A stretch of 64,000 nucleotides of DNA from the human T2T-CHM13v2.0 reference genome, Homo sapiens (GCF_009914755.1 NC_060927.1), one strand, 5' to 3'; shown: positions 31,562 to 47,654, counted from the stretch's first letter. A program made the numbers and translations. The notes: generated by a model from the sequence alone, not told the origin.

Positions 31562-32935
31562 TAGGGACCAATGGAACAGAACAGAACACTCAGAAAAATA
31601 ACACCACACATCTACAACCATCTGATCCTTGACAAACCTGACAAAAACAAGCAATGGGGAAATAATTCCCTATTTAATAAATGGTGTTGGGAAAACTGGC
31701 TAGCCATATGCAGAAAACTGAAACTGGGACACTTCCTTAACACCTTATATGAAAATTAACTCAAGATGCATTAAAGACTTACATGTATGACATAAAACCA
31801 TAAAAACCTTACAAGAAAACCTAGGCAATATCATTCAGGACATAGGCATGGGCAAAGATTTCATGACTAAAACACCAAAAGCAATTGCAGCAAAAGCCAA
31901 AATTGACAAAGGGGATGTAATTAAACTAAACAGCTTCTACACGGCAAAAGAAACTATCATCAGCGTGAACAGGCAACATACAGAATGGGAGAAAATTTTT
32001 GAAATCTATCAATCTGACAAAGGGCTCATATGCAGAATCTACTGTGAACTTAAATTTACAAGAAAAAAGCAAACAACCCCATCAAAAACTGGGCAAAGGA
32101 TATCTACAGACACTTCTCAAAGAAGACATTTATGCAGCCAACAAACATAAAAAAAAGCTCATCATCATTGGTCATTAGAGAAATGCAAATCAAAACCACA
32201 ATCAGATACCATCTCACGCCAGTTAGAATGGTGATCATTAAAAAGTCAGGAAACAACAGATGCTGGAGAGGATGTGGAGAAATAGGAATGCTTTTATACT
32301 GTTGGTGGGAGTGTAAATTAGTTCAACCATTGTGGAAGACAGTGTGGAGATTCATCAAGGATCTAGAATCAGAAATACCATTTGACCCAGCAATCCCAAT
32401 ACTGGATATATACCCAAAGGAGTATAAATCATTCTACTATAAAGACACATGCATACAAACGTTTACTGCAACACTGTTCACAATACCAAAGACTTGGAAC
32501 AAACCCAAATGCTCATCAATGATAGACTGGATAAAGAAAATGTGGCACATATACACCATGGAATATTATGCAGCCATAAAAAAGGAGGAGTTCATGTTCT
32601 TTGCGGGAACATGGATGAAGCTGGAAACCATCATTCTCAGAAAACTAACACAGAAACAGAACAGCAAACACCACATGTTCTCACTCATACACGGGACTTG
32701 AACAATGAGAACACATGGACACTGGGAGTGGAACATCACACATCAAGGCCTCTTGAGGGGTTGGAAGCAAGGAGAGGGAGAACATTAGGCCAAATACCTA
32801 ATGCATGCTAGGCTTAAAACCTAGATAATGGGTTGATGGCTGCAGCAAACTACGATGGCACATGTATACCTACATAAAAAACCTGCACGTTCTGTACATG
32901 TATCCCAGAACTTAAAGTATAATAATAAAAAAAAA
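31562..32935 (+). mobile_element. L1PA8-like insertion, sense 3' segment with 3'UTR and poly(A)
   Basis: ORF2 C-terminal remnants (32132..32701); 3'UTR taatgcatgctaggcttaaaacctagat…tatcccagaacttaaagtataat; ~26-bp TSD at 30367-30392/32931-32956. Confidence 0.92.
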
Positions 32936-33496
32936 GTTTCACGTGTAAAGGTTCTTGTGATTAATACTGCTTTTATTTTAATTTTCTATTGTCACTTAAT
33001 ATTTTTCCACTGTAAGCTGATTTTTTTACTATATGCTGAAAATTACACTATGCAAATACATGATAACATATTCTGAAATATGATCAAGAGAGTATTAAAA
33101 TAGCATTTAAATAGTATCCTAGGACAACTCAGACAGATATTGAAAGAAAATGTACCTGTATTAGAAAGAGCATCTTTCTGAATGGTGGGGCAATAATGAG
33201 GATAAGTGGAAGTTTATTCCTGATGCTGATATTGAGTAAAGACTAAAATAATAAAAATAAGGAATTTATACTCAATTCACAGAATTTCTAATTGTTATAT
33301 GCACTGGTAATGTTAGTGTATCTTTGCTTACAACAAGTTAATAAAAATGTATTGAAAATATAAAAGAAAATCCTATGAAATTAAAGAAATATGAAATAAT
33401 CAGATATTTAGGAGGCTAGAAATAAAAATAATTCTGGATTTAGACACATAGACAGTAATAGATTGCTTCTTTAGGTTTCTGATTACCTAGCTCCAT

Positions 33497-33658
33497 ATTT
33501 TCTGTGTCAATACATAGATGATTTGAATTTCTGGGAGTAAAACCCTGGCTCAGTTTGTTCTGGGTTGTTTGCAGTTTGCATTTTTAGTCATAACACATTT
33601 TGAGCAAAGGGAGTTATTTCAAGCATTTGGAAGGGCTAAATGATTTGTATCCACACAT
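33497..33658 (+). repeat. Local direct duplication, copy 1 of 2 (~162 bp)
   Basis: About 93% identical to 34933-35093 by manual alignment (11 substitutions, 1 indel). Confidence 0.95.
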
Positions 33659-33859
33659 TGTGGTATTGTTTGAGAAATACTTAATTTTGGGATTTAAAAA
33701 TTAAGAGTTCTGAGGTTAACTACGCAATCCTATTCAATTTAAATATGCTAATACTGTTTGAAAACAATTAAATCACTTGCCCACAGCCACACAAGTGTTT
33801 AAAAAAAAGGCAGAAATAGATTTTACATTTTGGAAATTTTAATTTTTATTGGCTTTTCT

Positions 33860-33940
33860 CTCTCCTCCCCCAACTCTCTTCCTCCTCCTTCTGCTCCTCC
33901 TCCTCCTCTTCCTCCTTTTTTCTCCTCCTCTTCCTCTTCG
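33860..33940. repeat. (CCT)n / pyrimidine-rich low-complexity tract
   Basis: cctcctccttctgctcctcctcctcctcttcctcc…. Confidence 0.9.
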
Positions 33941-34179
33941 TCATCTAGATTTAATTATTTCAACTTTCACTTCTGACTAATACAGAGTCCTGAAATATTA
34001 GAATTGCTAAAGATATTTCTTTCCCCAACTGCTAGATAGAGGTAGAATGTAAATGTGGATGTGCAGGGAGTTATTTGAAAGAAAGACATGATATAGAACC
34101 TATATACCTTGTTCGGGAAAACTCATAAGCTTGATGATAGAAGCACCTCATCTTAGGAAATGGGGGCAGCCTAATGAAA

Positions 34180-34400
34180 TTGAGCTTTGGAATCAAATAA
34201 AGCTGCCTAAAATGAAATGTCTGCCATCTAGTTCATCAAGTTGTTTAAACTGTGTGAGACTCAAAAAATCATTTTAAAAATGATTCATCTTCTATTTATT
34301 GGACAGATTATTGGGAACAATGCATGCAAAGCATTTTGCATATTATTTGGAGTATAGACAAATAAAAATAATTCTAGCAATGTTACAATAATTATTATTT
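34180..34400 (+). mobile_element. MIR (degenerate)
   Basis: gagctttggaatcaa…caagttgtttaaactgtgtgagactca…aatgcatgcaaagcattttgca. Confidence 0.6.
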
Positions 34401-34932
34401 TCTATTGTTAAAACAACATTTGCATTAGCTTATCTTCTTATATACAGAATTAGCAGCTACTACTTTTATGTGCATTTCTGATTAATGAAACAGTAATACA
34501 AGAATGGAATGGTGATTTAGCTGGCACTTATAGTAAAGGTTATGCTTATATCTGGTACCTTTTAGGTTCATATAGGTAAATTTTGTTGTTCCATGTATAT
34601 ATAACGCAACTCTTAAACACGTATAGCATATGTGCAGATATGCACATACATATATAACCATCTCATACATTATGCATAGATCATATTAATGACAAATTCA
34701 GCCTTTAGAAATGCACTCTTTCCTAAGTATTAGAAAATTCTAATATAATAGCAAACCATAGGCGAGTATCAGACTGATGAAATAAACTGTCTACAGGGAA
34801 CATTCAAAGCTGAGACTGCTGCTGAAAAACCTAGACCAAAAGTCTTTTAGAGGTCCAATTCTTCATTAATGTATTGTTTTTCTGATTCATATCACATCCT
34901 GTTTATGAGATAGCTGTTATAACATGAGCTAA

Positions 34933-35093
34933 ATTTTCTGTGTCAATACACAGAGGATTTGAATTTCTGGGAGTAAAACCCTGGCTCAGTTTGTTCTGGG
35001 TTTCTGAAGTTCACATTTTTAGTCATAATACATTTTGAGCAAAGGGAGTGATTTCAAGTATTTGGAAAGGCAAAATGATTTGTATCCACACAT
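34933..35093 (+). repeat. Local direct duplication, copy 2 of 2
   Basis: Matches 33497-33658. Confidence 0.95.
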
Positions 35094-35522
35094 GTCATAT
35101 CTTCATGTTAGAAGGACAGAAACAAAATGTTACACGAAGCAATACCAGCAGGTTTGTTTTCTTCTCATTGGTCTGAACTGTGTTATGCCTACATTTATCT
35201 ACAGGGGAGCTTGGGAAATCCAGTGTAGTATACATAGGAAAGCAGACAAAATTTTAAAAGGACAATGAGTTAATGTACAAAATGAGCCACAGCAGCAAAT
35301 CAATATTAAAATTTATTATAATTGAATAAACTAGTGTTGAAATTTATTAAAATTAAAATAATACTAAAATATTAATTTATATTGAAATAATTGGAAGCTT
35401 CTAATGTCATACTTGTTTTAGATTGTAAACACTTAGAAGTGAAAGACAAACACGTTTCCCTTGATGAATTTTATTTGGACTTATACGTATATTAAATTCT
35501 CTTTGAAGATAAAAAATTAAAA

Positions 35523-36322
35523 AGACACTTCTCAAAAAAAGACACTTATGTGGCCAACAAACACATGAAAAAAAGCTCATCATCAATGGTCATTAGAGAA
35601 ATGCAAATCAATACTACAATGAGATACTATCTCACACTAGTTAGAATGACGATCATTAAAAAGTCAGGAAACAGTTGCTGGAGAGGATGGTGGAGAAATA
35701 GGGATGCTTTTACACTGTTGGTGGGAGTGTAATTTAGTTAAACCATTGTGGAAGACAGTGTGGCGATTTCCCAAGGATCTAGAACCAGAAATGCCATTTG
35801 AACCAGCAATCCCATTACTGGGTATATACCCAAAGTTTGTAAATCATTCTACTATAAAGACACATGCACACGTGTGTTTATTGCAGAACTATTCACAATA
35901 GCAAAGACTTGGAACCAACCCAAATGCCCAACAATGATAGACTGGATAATGAAAATGTGGCACATATACACCATGGAATACTATGCAACCATAAAAAAGG
36001 ATGAGTTCATGTCCTTTCCAGGGACATGGATGAAGCTGGAAACCTTCATTCTCAACAAACTAACACAGGAACAGGAAACCAAACTGCAAGTTCACACTCA
36101 TAAGTGGAAGTGAACAATGAGAACACATGGACACAGAGAAGGGAACATCACACACTGGGGCCTGTCAGGGGCTAGGGGGCTAGCAGAGGGCTAGCATTAG
36201 GAGAAATACCTAATGTAGATGACGAGTAGGTGGGTGCAGCAAACCACCAAGGCACATGTATACAGACATAACAAACCAACATGTTGGGTACATGTATCCC
36301 TGAAATTAAAGTATAATTTCAG
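35523..36322 (+). mobile_element. 5'-truncated L1PA7-like element
   Basis: Frameshifted ORF2 C-terminal remnants (35550-36113); 3'UTR taatgtagatgacgag…gcaaaccacc…aaagtataat. Confidence 0.92.
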
Positions 36323-36440
36323 AAAAAGTTAATAGATTGATTGTATTCCATTACATTTTGAAGAAGGTACACATTCTTAACAGATAATAAAAATGACAGC
36401 TTTTTCTCTGTATTATTATTATTATGTTTTAATTTATACG

Positions 36441-36855
36441 TGCTTAAGGAAAAAAGACAAATTAATGTAGCAGAATTTGAGCAAAGAATGGTTCATGAAC
36501 TAGGCATCAATCAGAACCAGAAAAGGGTCAACAAACTCTATTCAACAGTGGGAACAGAGATGTTTCATAAACCCAACACAAAAGCAAAATAAATAAATCA
36601 CCTGATTGGCTACGCTAGGAATCTGCGTTACTTGGTCATGGTGGGATGAGGCATTTGCCTTAATGGGCATTGCATGATGAATTGGCTGCCTATAATTGAC
36701 TGAAGCTCACCTGCTTGTGACTAGGTGAAACTCAGTTGTTGGTTATACTCCTAAGTTAGGTGTCAGTTTGTTTACATACTCAGTTATCTTTTATTTCACT
36801 GTATAGGGATTTATGTACGAAGGCAGCCTCAGGCCAAATTTAAGTTAATTTGACA
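36441..36855 (-). mobile_element. MER57-like ERV1 LTR (3' LTR)
   Basis: Minus strand begins TGTCAAATTAACTTAAAATTTGGCCTGAGGCTGCC, contains CCAAT boxes, ends …CA; preceded by a purine-rich PPT-like AAAAGGAAC. Confidence 0.75.
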
Positions 36856-37741
36856 ATTTGTTCCTTTTGGTCAGTCTTTCAGTTTTGAGAGATTGACCAA
36901 AAATTTGGGCATTGATGCCAGTCTCTGTCATCATCATAATGGGCTTGCTTGGTCTCAGTGTGGAATTCACAGTTCATGATGTTAGGTCAATATGACCACT
37001 TTACAGTATCTTGCTCTAACGACAGAGAGACCATGTGACACACTGTGGATGGCTGCACGCAAACATCTATGACATTTGAGAGAATATAGCACAATAGTGA
37101 GACTACTGTAATGACTTTCGGCAGGATAATACCAAGAGACTAAAATGTGCTTCTTAATAGGAGCCTATATGAACAAAATTAATTAAAATAATATAGATAC
37201 AAAATGAGCCAGAAGACAAATCTAGTTATGATCAAATAGTTTGTTTGTAATTTCTTGCAACTGAGTCTCCAGCATATCAGACATATTTATCAAACTGCAG
37301 CAAGAAGTGTAGGCTATCACATACACCCACCAAAAGGTAGTCCAAAGCAATCTTCTTATCTAAAACAACGTTAGCAAAAGAATTTAAAGAAGCGTTCTGG
37401 ATAGCTATAGCCTTTGCAGTAGAATCAGCTATACAGTTGCTAATGTTTGAGACAGTTCTGTAATAATAACTTCATTTGCATTTATGCTGATCCAGAGAAA
37501 CAACATTCTACCAAAAGGTGGTCATTTAGAGGACTTTATTCTTGCTGGCAAATTCCTCTTTATTCCACAGTGCAAAATAGGAGGTAAATTTCAATGTTCA
37601 GTTCCAACTGGTAGTTGAGTGACAGTGGTACCCTTAGAATCCATAATCTACATTTGCCCCTTATTTTTCACTTAAGAAGACATGAAGTTGCCCATACATG
37701 TGGTTAATTGTTAAATCCACCACAAATAAAAATATACCCTC
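36856..37741 (-). pseudogene. env: ERV1 env remnant (SU C-terminus and TM)
   Basis: Minus-strand translation IADSTAKAIAIQNASLNSFANVVLDKKIALDYLLVGVC/IAYTSCCSLINMS gives heptad repeat, ISU-like domain and CX6CC (frameshifted); GYIFICGG SU motif at the L1 junction. Confidence 0.8.
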
Positions 37742-38641
37742 GGAGCCAAGATGGCCGAATAGGAACAGCTCCGGTCTACAGCTCCCAGCGTGAGCGACGC
37801 AGAAGACGGGTGATTTCTGCATTTCCATCTGAGGTACCGGGTTCATCTCACTAGGGAGTGCCAGACAGTGGGCGCAGGCCAGTGTGTGTGCGCACCGTGC
37901 GCGAGCCGAAGCAGGGCGAGGCATTGCCTCACCTGGGAAGCGCAAGGGGTCAGGGAGTTCCCTTTCCGAGTCAAAGAAAGGGGTGACGGACGCACCTGGA
38001 AAATCGGGTCACTCCCACCCGAATATTGCGCTTTTCAGACCGGCTTAAGAAACGGCGCACCACGAGACTATATCCCACACCTGGCTCAGAGGGTCCTACG
38101 CCCACGGAATCTCGCTGATTGCTAGCACAGCAGTCTGAGATCAAACTGCAAGGCGGCAACGAGGCTGGGGGAGGGGTGCCCACCATTGCCCAGGCTTGCT
38201 TAGGTAAACAAAGCAGCAGGGAAGCTCCAACTGGGTGGAGCCCACCACAGCTCAAGGAGGCCTGCCTGCCTCTGTAGGCTCCACCTCTGGGGGCAGGGCA
38301 CAGACAAACAAAAAGACAGCAGTAACCTCTACAGACTTAAGTGTCCCTGTCTGACAGCTTTGAAGAGAGCAGTGGTTCTCCCAGCACGCAGCTGGAGATC
38401 TGAGAACGGGCAGACTGCCTCCTCAAGTGGGTCCCTGACACCTGACCCCCGAGCAGCCTAACTGGGAGGCACCCCCCAGCAGGGGCACACTGACACCTCA
38501 CATAGCAGGGTATTCCAACAGACCTGCAGCTGAGGGTCCTGTCTGTTAGAAGGAAAACTAACAACCAGAAAGGACATCTACACCGAAAACCCATCTGTAC
38601 ATCACCATCATCAAAGACCAAAAGTAGATAAAACCACAAAG
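37742..38641 (+). promoter_or_regulatory. L1 5'UTR internal Pol II promoter (sense and antisense), CpG-rich
   Basis: YY1 site CAAGATGGCC at 37747-37756; RUNX3-site region TGCATTTCCATCTGAGGTA; SOX-type AACAAA motifs; CpG-dense relative to the window. Confidence 0.9.
37971..38186 (-). CDS. ORF0: L1 ORF0 (71 aa, antisense)
   Basis: MVGTPPPASLPPCSLISDCCASNQRDSVGVGPSEPG…RCVRHPFL*; ATG at 38186-38184; matches known ORF0 apart from A2V and A4T. Confidence 0.85.
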   Translation of the reverse strand: MVGTPPPASLPPCSLISDCCASNQRDSVGVGPSEPGVGYSLVVRRFLSRSEKRNIRVGVTRFSRCVRHPFL

Positions 38642-39658
38642 ATGGGGAAAAAACAGAACAGAAAAACTGGAAACTCTAAAACGCAGAGCGCCTCTCCTCC
38701 TCCAAAGGAACGCAGTTCCTCACCAGCAACAGAACAAAGCTGGATGGAGAATGATTTTGACGAGCTGAGAGAAGAAGGCTTCAGACGATCAAATTACTCT
38801 GAGCTACGGGAGGACATTCAAACCAAAGGCAAAGAAGTTGAAAACTTTGAAAAAAATTTAGAAGAATGTATAACTAGAATAACCAATACAGAGAAGTGCT
38901 TAAAGGAGCTGATGGAGCTGAAAACCAAGGCTCGAGAACTACGTGAAGAATGCAGAAGCCTCAGGAGCCGATGCGATCAACTGGAAGAAAGGGTATCAGC
39001 AATGGAAGATGAAATGAATGAAATGAAGCGAGAAGGGAAGTTTAGAGAAAAAAGAATAAAAAGAAATGAGCAAAGCCTCCAAGAAATATGGGACTATGTG
39101 AAAAGACCAAATCTACGTCTGATTGGTGTACCTGAAAGTGATGTGGAGAATGGAACCAAGTTGGAAAACACTCTGCAGGATATTATCCAGGAGAACTTCC
39201 CCAATCTAGCAAGGCAGGCCAACATTCAGATTCAGGAAATACAGAGAACGCCACAAAGATACTCCTCGAGAAGAGCAACTCCAAGACACATAATTGTCAG
39301 ATTCACCAAAGTTGAAATGAAGGAAAAAATGTTAAGGGCAGCCAGAGAGAAAGGTCGGGTTACCCTCAAAGGAAAGCCCATCAGACTAACAGCGGATCTC
39401 TCGGCAGAAACCCTACAAGCCAGAAGAGAGTGGGGGCCAATATTCAACATTCTTAAAGAAAAGAATTTTCAACCCAGAATTTCATATCCAGCCAAGCTAA
39501 GCTTCATAAGTGAAGGAGAAATAAAATACTTTATAGACAAGCAAATGCTGAGAGATTTTGTCACCACCAGGCCTGCCCTAACAGAGCTCCTGAAGGAAGC
39601 GCTAAACATGGAAAGGAACAACCGGTACCAGCCGCTGCAAAATCATGCCAAAATGTAA
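38642..39658 (+). CDS. ORF1: L1 ORF1p (p40 RNA-binding chaperone), 338 aa, intact
   Basis: MGKKQNRKTGNSK…coiled coil…REKG…ARR…YPAKLS…NHAKM; full canonical length. Confidence 0.98.
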   Translation: MGKKQNRKTGNSKTQSASPPPKERSSSPATEQSWMENDFDELREEGFRRSNYSELREDIQTKGKEVENFEKNLEECITRITNTEKCLKELMELKTKARELREECRSLRSRCDQLEERVSAMEDEMNEMKREGKFREKRIKRNEQSLQEIWDYVKRPNLRLIGVPESDVENGTKLENTLQDIIQENFPNLARQANIQIQEIQRTPQRYSSRRATPRHIIVRFTKVEMKEKMLRAAREKGRVTLKGKPIRLTADLSAETLQARREWGPIFNILKEKNFQPRISYPAKLSFISEGEIKYFIDKQMLRDFVTTRPALTELLKEALNMERNNRYQPLQNHAKM

Positions 39659-39697
39659 AGACCATCGAGACTAGGAAGAAACTGCATCAACTAATGA

Positions 39698-43548
<3,851 letters not shown>

Positions 43549-43779
43549 ACAATGAGATCACTTGGACACAGGAAGGGTAATATCACACTCTGGGGACTGT
43601 GGTGGGGTCGGGGGAGGGGGGAGGGATAGCATTGGGAGATATACCTAATGCTAGATGACACGTTAGTGGGTGCAGCGCACCAGCATGGCACATGTATACA
43701 TATGTAACTAACCTGCACAATGTGCACATGTACCCTAAAACTTAGAGTATAATAAAAAAAAATATATATATATACCCTC

Positions 43780-44620
43780 TAGGTGCACAACAGACAGTCC
43801 CCTGTGGGATGCCTTTTGCATTAGGGGATCATCAGTAGGGAAGCACTGGTAATTTTTTTATTTTTTTACCAAGCCTCCACTATTAAATCATGGTGTAGTT
43901 GAAGTCTATGAACAATTTAAGGATTAGGGTTATTAATTCGTCTACAGGCTGTTTAATTATCTTTCTTTTGGTTTCTTATTCAATTTTTAACATAATTTAA
44001 CTGAAAAACACTCACTACAGATTTTGTCAACTGTTCAATTTAAACAAGAAATCTGAATATGTTAATCTAAAAACCTAACTCTATAGAAAGTACTAGATGT
44101 TCAATTTGAACAAATATTAGGTTGGTGCAAAAGAAATTGCAGTTTTTGCAATTAAAATAATGGCAAAAATCGCAATTACTTTTGCGCCAACCTATAATTA
44201 CACTGGAAGTGAAATAAATCTGTTAAACGATGAACTAGTGGATCTCTAAGATTATGTAGACATTTAGGTTTAACATGACATATCTAATATTTAATTAAGG
44301 TTCCTGAGCATGCTATTACTTATGAAATATTAAGTATTTCATTATGTTGCGACAAATAAAAAAATAAAGAAAAGAGGAAAAAGGGAAAAGGTTTCATGGT
44401 GACAGAGGAAACCTGTGATCTTGGAAAATCATTCTATCTCTAGAACGCCATCTGCTTGTGTGGAAAAAACAACCCTGGTCAACTGTATCTTGAGGCCTCA
44501 GTGGTTGCTCAGCCCCAAAAGTTTGGAGGGGCCCCCTTGAGTTGAGAAATGTGGATCTAATTCTCAACGCCCTGAAGTTTTTATATGTGTAGAACACCTT
44601 TTGGTTAGAACTTATTGTCT
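43780..44620 (-). mobile_element. ERV1 internal sequence continued (env 5' part and integrase C-terminus)
   Basis: The env frame CCAPRGYIFICGG is restored across the L1 empty site; minus-strand KLQGVEN*IHISQLKGAPP at 44521-44580 is an integrase C-terminal W-x-H-x-S motif. Confidence 0.7.
44117..44194. mobile_element. MADE1 (Hsmar1-derived MITE), palindromic
   Basis: TTAGGTTGGTGCAAAAGAAATTGC…CGCAATTACTTTTGCGCCAACCTA flanked by TA. Confidence 0.95.
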
Positions 44621-44807
44621 GTTACGGCTTTGGTAAAATAGGAAACAGTAAAGCAACTAAATAAAAATGGCTTTACAACAAACCTTTGACAGAGGAAAGA
44701 CAATAAATAGTTTCTAGCATAATAGTAATATTGAATTAAAGCTATACTATGAAAACTGTATGAAATAATGTATTAGTGGCTGTCTTTCTTTGTTGAACTT
44801 TTTCCAA

Positions 44808-44872
44808 AAAGGTGATATATATGATATATATGAAAGGTGATATATATGATATATATGAAAAGGTGATATATA
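44808..44872. repeat. Tandem repeat, ~25-bp unit x2.5
   Basis: aaaggtgatatatatgatatatatg repeated. Confidence 0.9.
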
Positions 44873-46329
44873 AATTCAAAATGCAGAACACATTTTATTT
44901 GGCAGTGATAGCATTTACTTTGAGGAATACAAAGGATTATTGATAAATGAGAGCTATAAATAAAAACTGTCAAAAATCTCAGATATAGTTTTGGATATGA
45001 TATCCAGGAATTAAGTCATGATGATATATATTCAGGTGGATAGTAACATCAGCATTATAAAAATATATCTGAAATATATAAGTAGTAGTAATTTAAATAT
45101 TAACCCAGTAAATTAAGAAATGAATGCTGAATAATTTTATTACTTATTATTTATTATTTATTCATATTTAATACAATAAATTTTTATATGTTGTAGTACA
45201 ATGGATCATAAATGGTGAAGTAAAGTGGACAAAATATGTGTTTTTCTTTGCCAGCATTTATCATAACACAGGTTTGAGAGTAATAATCATTGAGAGAAAT
45301 AAGCTTGAGCTGTTGAATATTGACTAATAAATTCAGGAATGATGAATAAGATCTAGAAAGGTTTAAAGTACAATGTTATAAAGGCTTTAGAACAACTTTT
45401 AAAAAACATATTTCAATGTGTAAAGAAGGTATCTCAGCCATCAGCTAAGTAAGAATATTGGGCTAGTCTGTCAAATTGAATCACTTCCCTTCATTTTCTA
45501 AAAACCCAACATGTAAATGATGCTTATTTCTGCTTATTAACCCATGGCCCATGTTAATTATGCAGGCTTTACAAATACTCCTTATTTGTAAGTTGGTTCA
45601 TTTGATTATTTCATAAGTGACTAGAGAGGGAGATAATGAAAAGGTGATGTGAAGTCAAACACAGTTTCCACCTTAAGAAGTCACCTCCATTAAAGAGCCT
45701 TGTTCATCCCAGCAGGTTTATCTCAGAATGCTATTAATTCAATCTTTCTTCAAAATATGGAAGCTATGATTTTCTGTCTTTTAAAGTCAGAAAGTGAGAG
45801 AAAAACAGATTAAGCAGCTATTACTAATATTAAATGCTTTTTTCAAATGTGTTTTTCATTAATCTTTTACTAGTATTGTCTCAAAACATTAAATTAACTT
45901 TTAATTTTACTTTATTAATGAGCAGAAACTGTTTGATGCTGAGAATAACTATTAAAAGCTTTATATCATATATCATATACTAAGGGATTACTGAAACTTG
46001 TGCCTCTGCTTTCAAAGAGAATATTCTTCAATTGCAATACCTCTTAAAAATTTTTATTTTGTAAAATTAAATTATAAGAAACAAACCAAACAAGTCCTAA
46101 AGTTTTATTAAAATAGATACATTAAATAATATATAGAAGATTGGGTGGTCAGTTTTCTGCATCTGATTATGCATATTCAGATGCAGAATGTGTTGGAAGT
46201 TATGTTTTCAAAAACAAATTTTTATCACTATCAAAAGTAGATGTTTACTCTAGAAAATATAGAAAATACAAAGAAAAAAGAAGCAAAACTCTATATATAA
46301 TGGGATATTTATTTCTTAATTGTTAATTC

Positions 46330-47400
46330 TATAAAAATGAAATATTACATAATGTTGTGTATCTAGCTTTTCTCTTTCAGTAGTACTTGATGGAGTTCCT
46401 TAAGCATTATATGGTGTAGTTCTAAATTATTATTTTAAATATTTAAAACACAATAATTCTTTTTATTCTTTATTGATTGGTGGTCATCTTGATTCTAGTT
46501 TATGGTTACTATGAAAAATATTTCAAGAACAATAATTGTTTTTTTGCTTATATTTTGTTATTTTATTTGCCAGGGATCAAGTCTCAGAAGAACTGCTCAA
46601 ATTAAAAATGTATAATTGTTTCATTCCCATAGAAGCTGCTCTTCTATTTTTATTGATTACATTATCCATATTTAATTCTTTTATTCAAGTTTCCTAAATT
46701 TTTTATATTTGATCATATTTTCATTTAATTATTTCCGTTCTCTCTTTCAAAGATATTAATAATGTGCATACTAAGGTCCCTTTGCTGGTTTATCATTCTT
46801 TCCAATTATATGTAAAATTCAGTTCATTTCAACTTAATTAGGTTTGCGTTTTTGGCTCTGCTCTACAAGCTCTTGTTATGTTTTTAGAAGTGTTTATTCT
46901 TTTTTTATGCTCTGCATTAGGTTTTATATTTCTAATGGCTTATTTTTTTCTAAATATATTTTAAAATTCTTCAATATCATTTTGTTATTTTTGTTATTGC
47001 TTCTCTAGATTTTTACTGTCTCATTTGTTCACTTATATAAATATAATTCCTTCACTTTAAAAAAATTAACAATAATATGTAATTTTTATATCCTTTGTGG
47101 CAACCCCTTGGAAGTAAGTGACCTCTTTGACATATACTCATGATTTTCTCATTCTTTTCTTACATATTTAGTATATTATTAGCTTGTTTTCTTTTTCATG
47201 GTTATTTATCCTCATATTCTTTTTGCTTTTTCTGGAATTTTCAGAAGTTTTATTTAGGAAGTGGCAAGGAATATATTCCTGAAAAATGTCAGTTATCATC
47301 ATGGCTCATGATTATCTTTGTGAGACAAATTCTGTTTAGCATATTTCTTCTGGAAGAAATAAGAAAGATATCACTGCAGGATGTCTCCCAAAAGAAATGA
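46330..47400 (-). mobile_element. Very old L1ME/HAL1-like fragments
   Basis: …ttgattggtggtcatcttgattctagtttatggttactatgaaaaat…; T-rich antisense L1-like sequence; boundaries uncertain. Confidence 0.4.
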
Positions 47401-47654
47401 CCATTCCAATAACTTTTGAAATTTCTTCCGCTACATGTTTTTATTTTTTGCATGTTTAAATAAGCCTGGATTTTTTTAACCCTAGCATAATTACAGTGGT
47501 TACAATTCCTAAATTTTTCATAATTTTGTCTATCAGTTTGCAACAAAATTGTTGCCTTCAACATTTTCTCATGATAATGTGGGATAATCAATGATAGGTT
47601 AATAATTTTCAAAATAATACTGTGCACCAAATATAAGTATTTATATGTTTGTAT

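Noticed and set aside
32132-32701. 189-aa ORF as a functional gene
   Set aside because: It is the C-terminal fragment of L1PA8 ORF2 in a truncated, inverted copy; the CCHC His is changed to Tyr (LLYCWW) and there is no promoter
33497-35093. The 162-bp direct repeats as LTRs or a giant TSD of a new element
   Set aside because: No TG…CA termini, PBS/PPT or coding interior; the spacer contains a MIR older than the duplication
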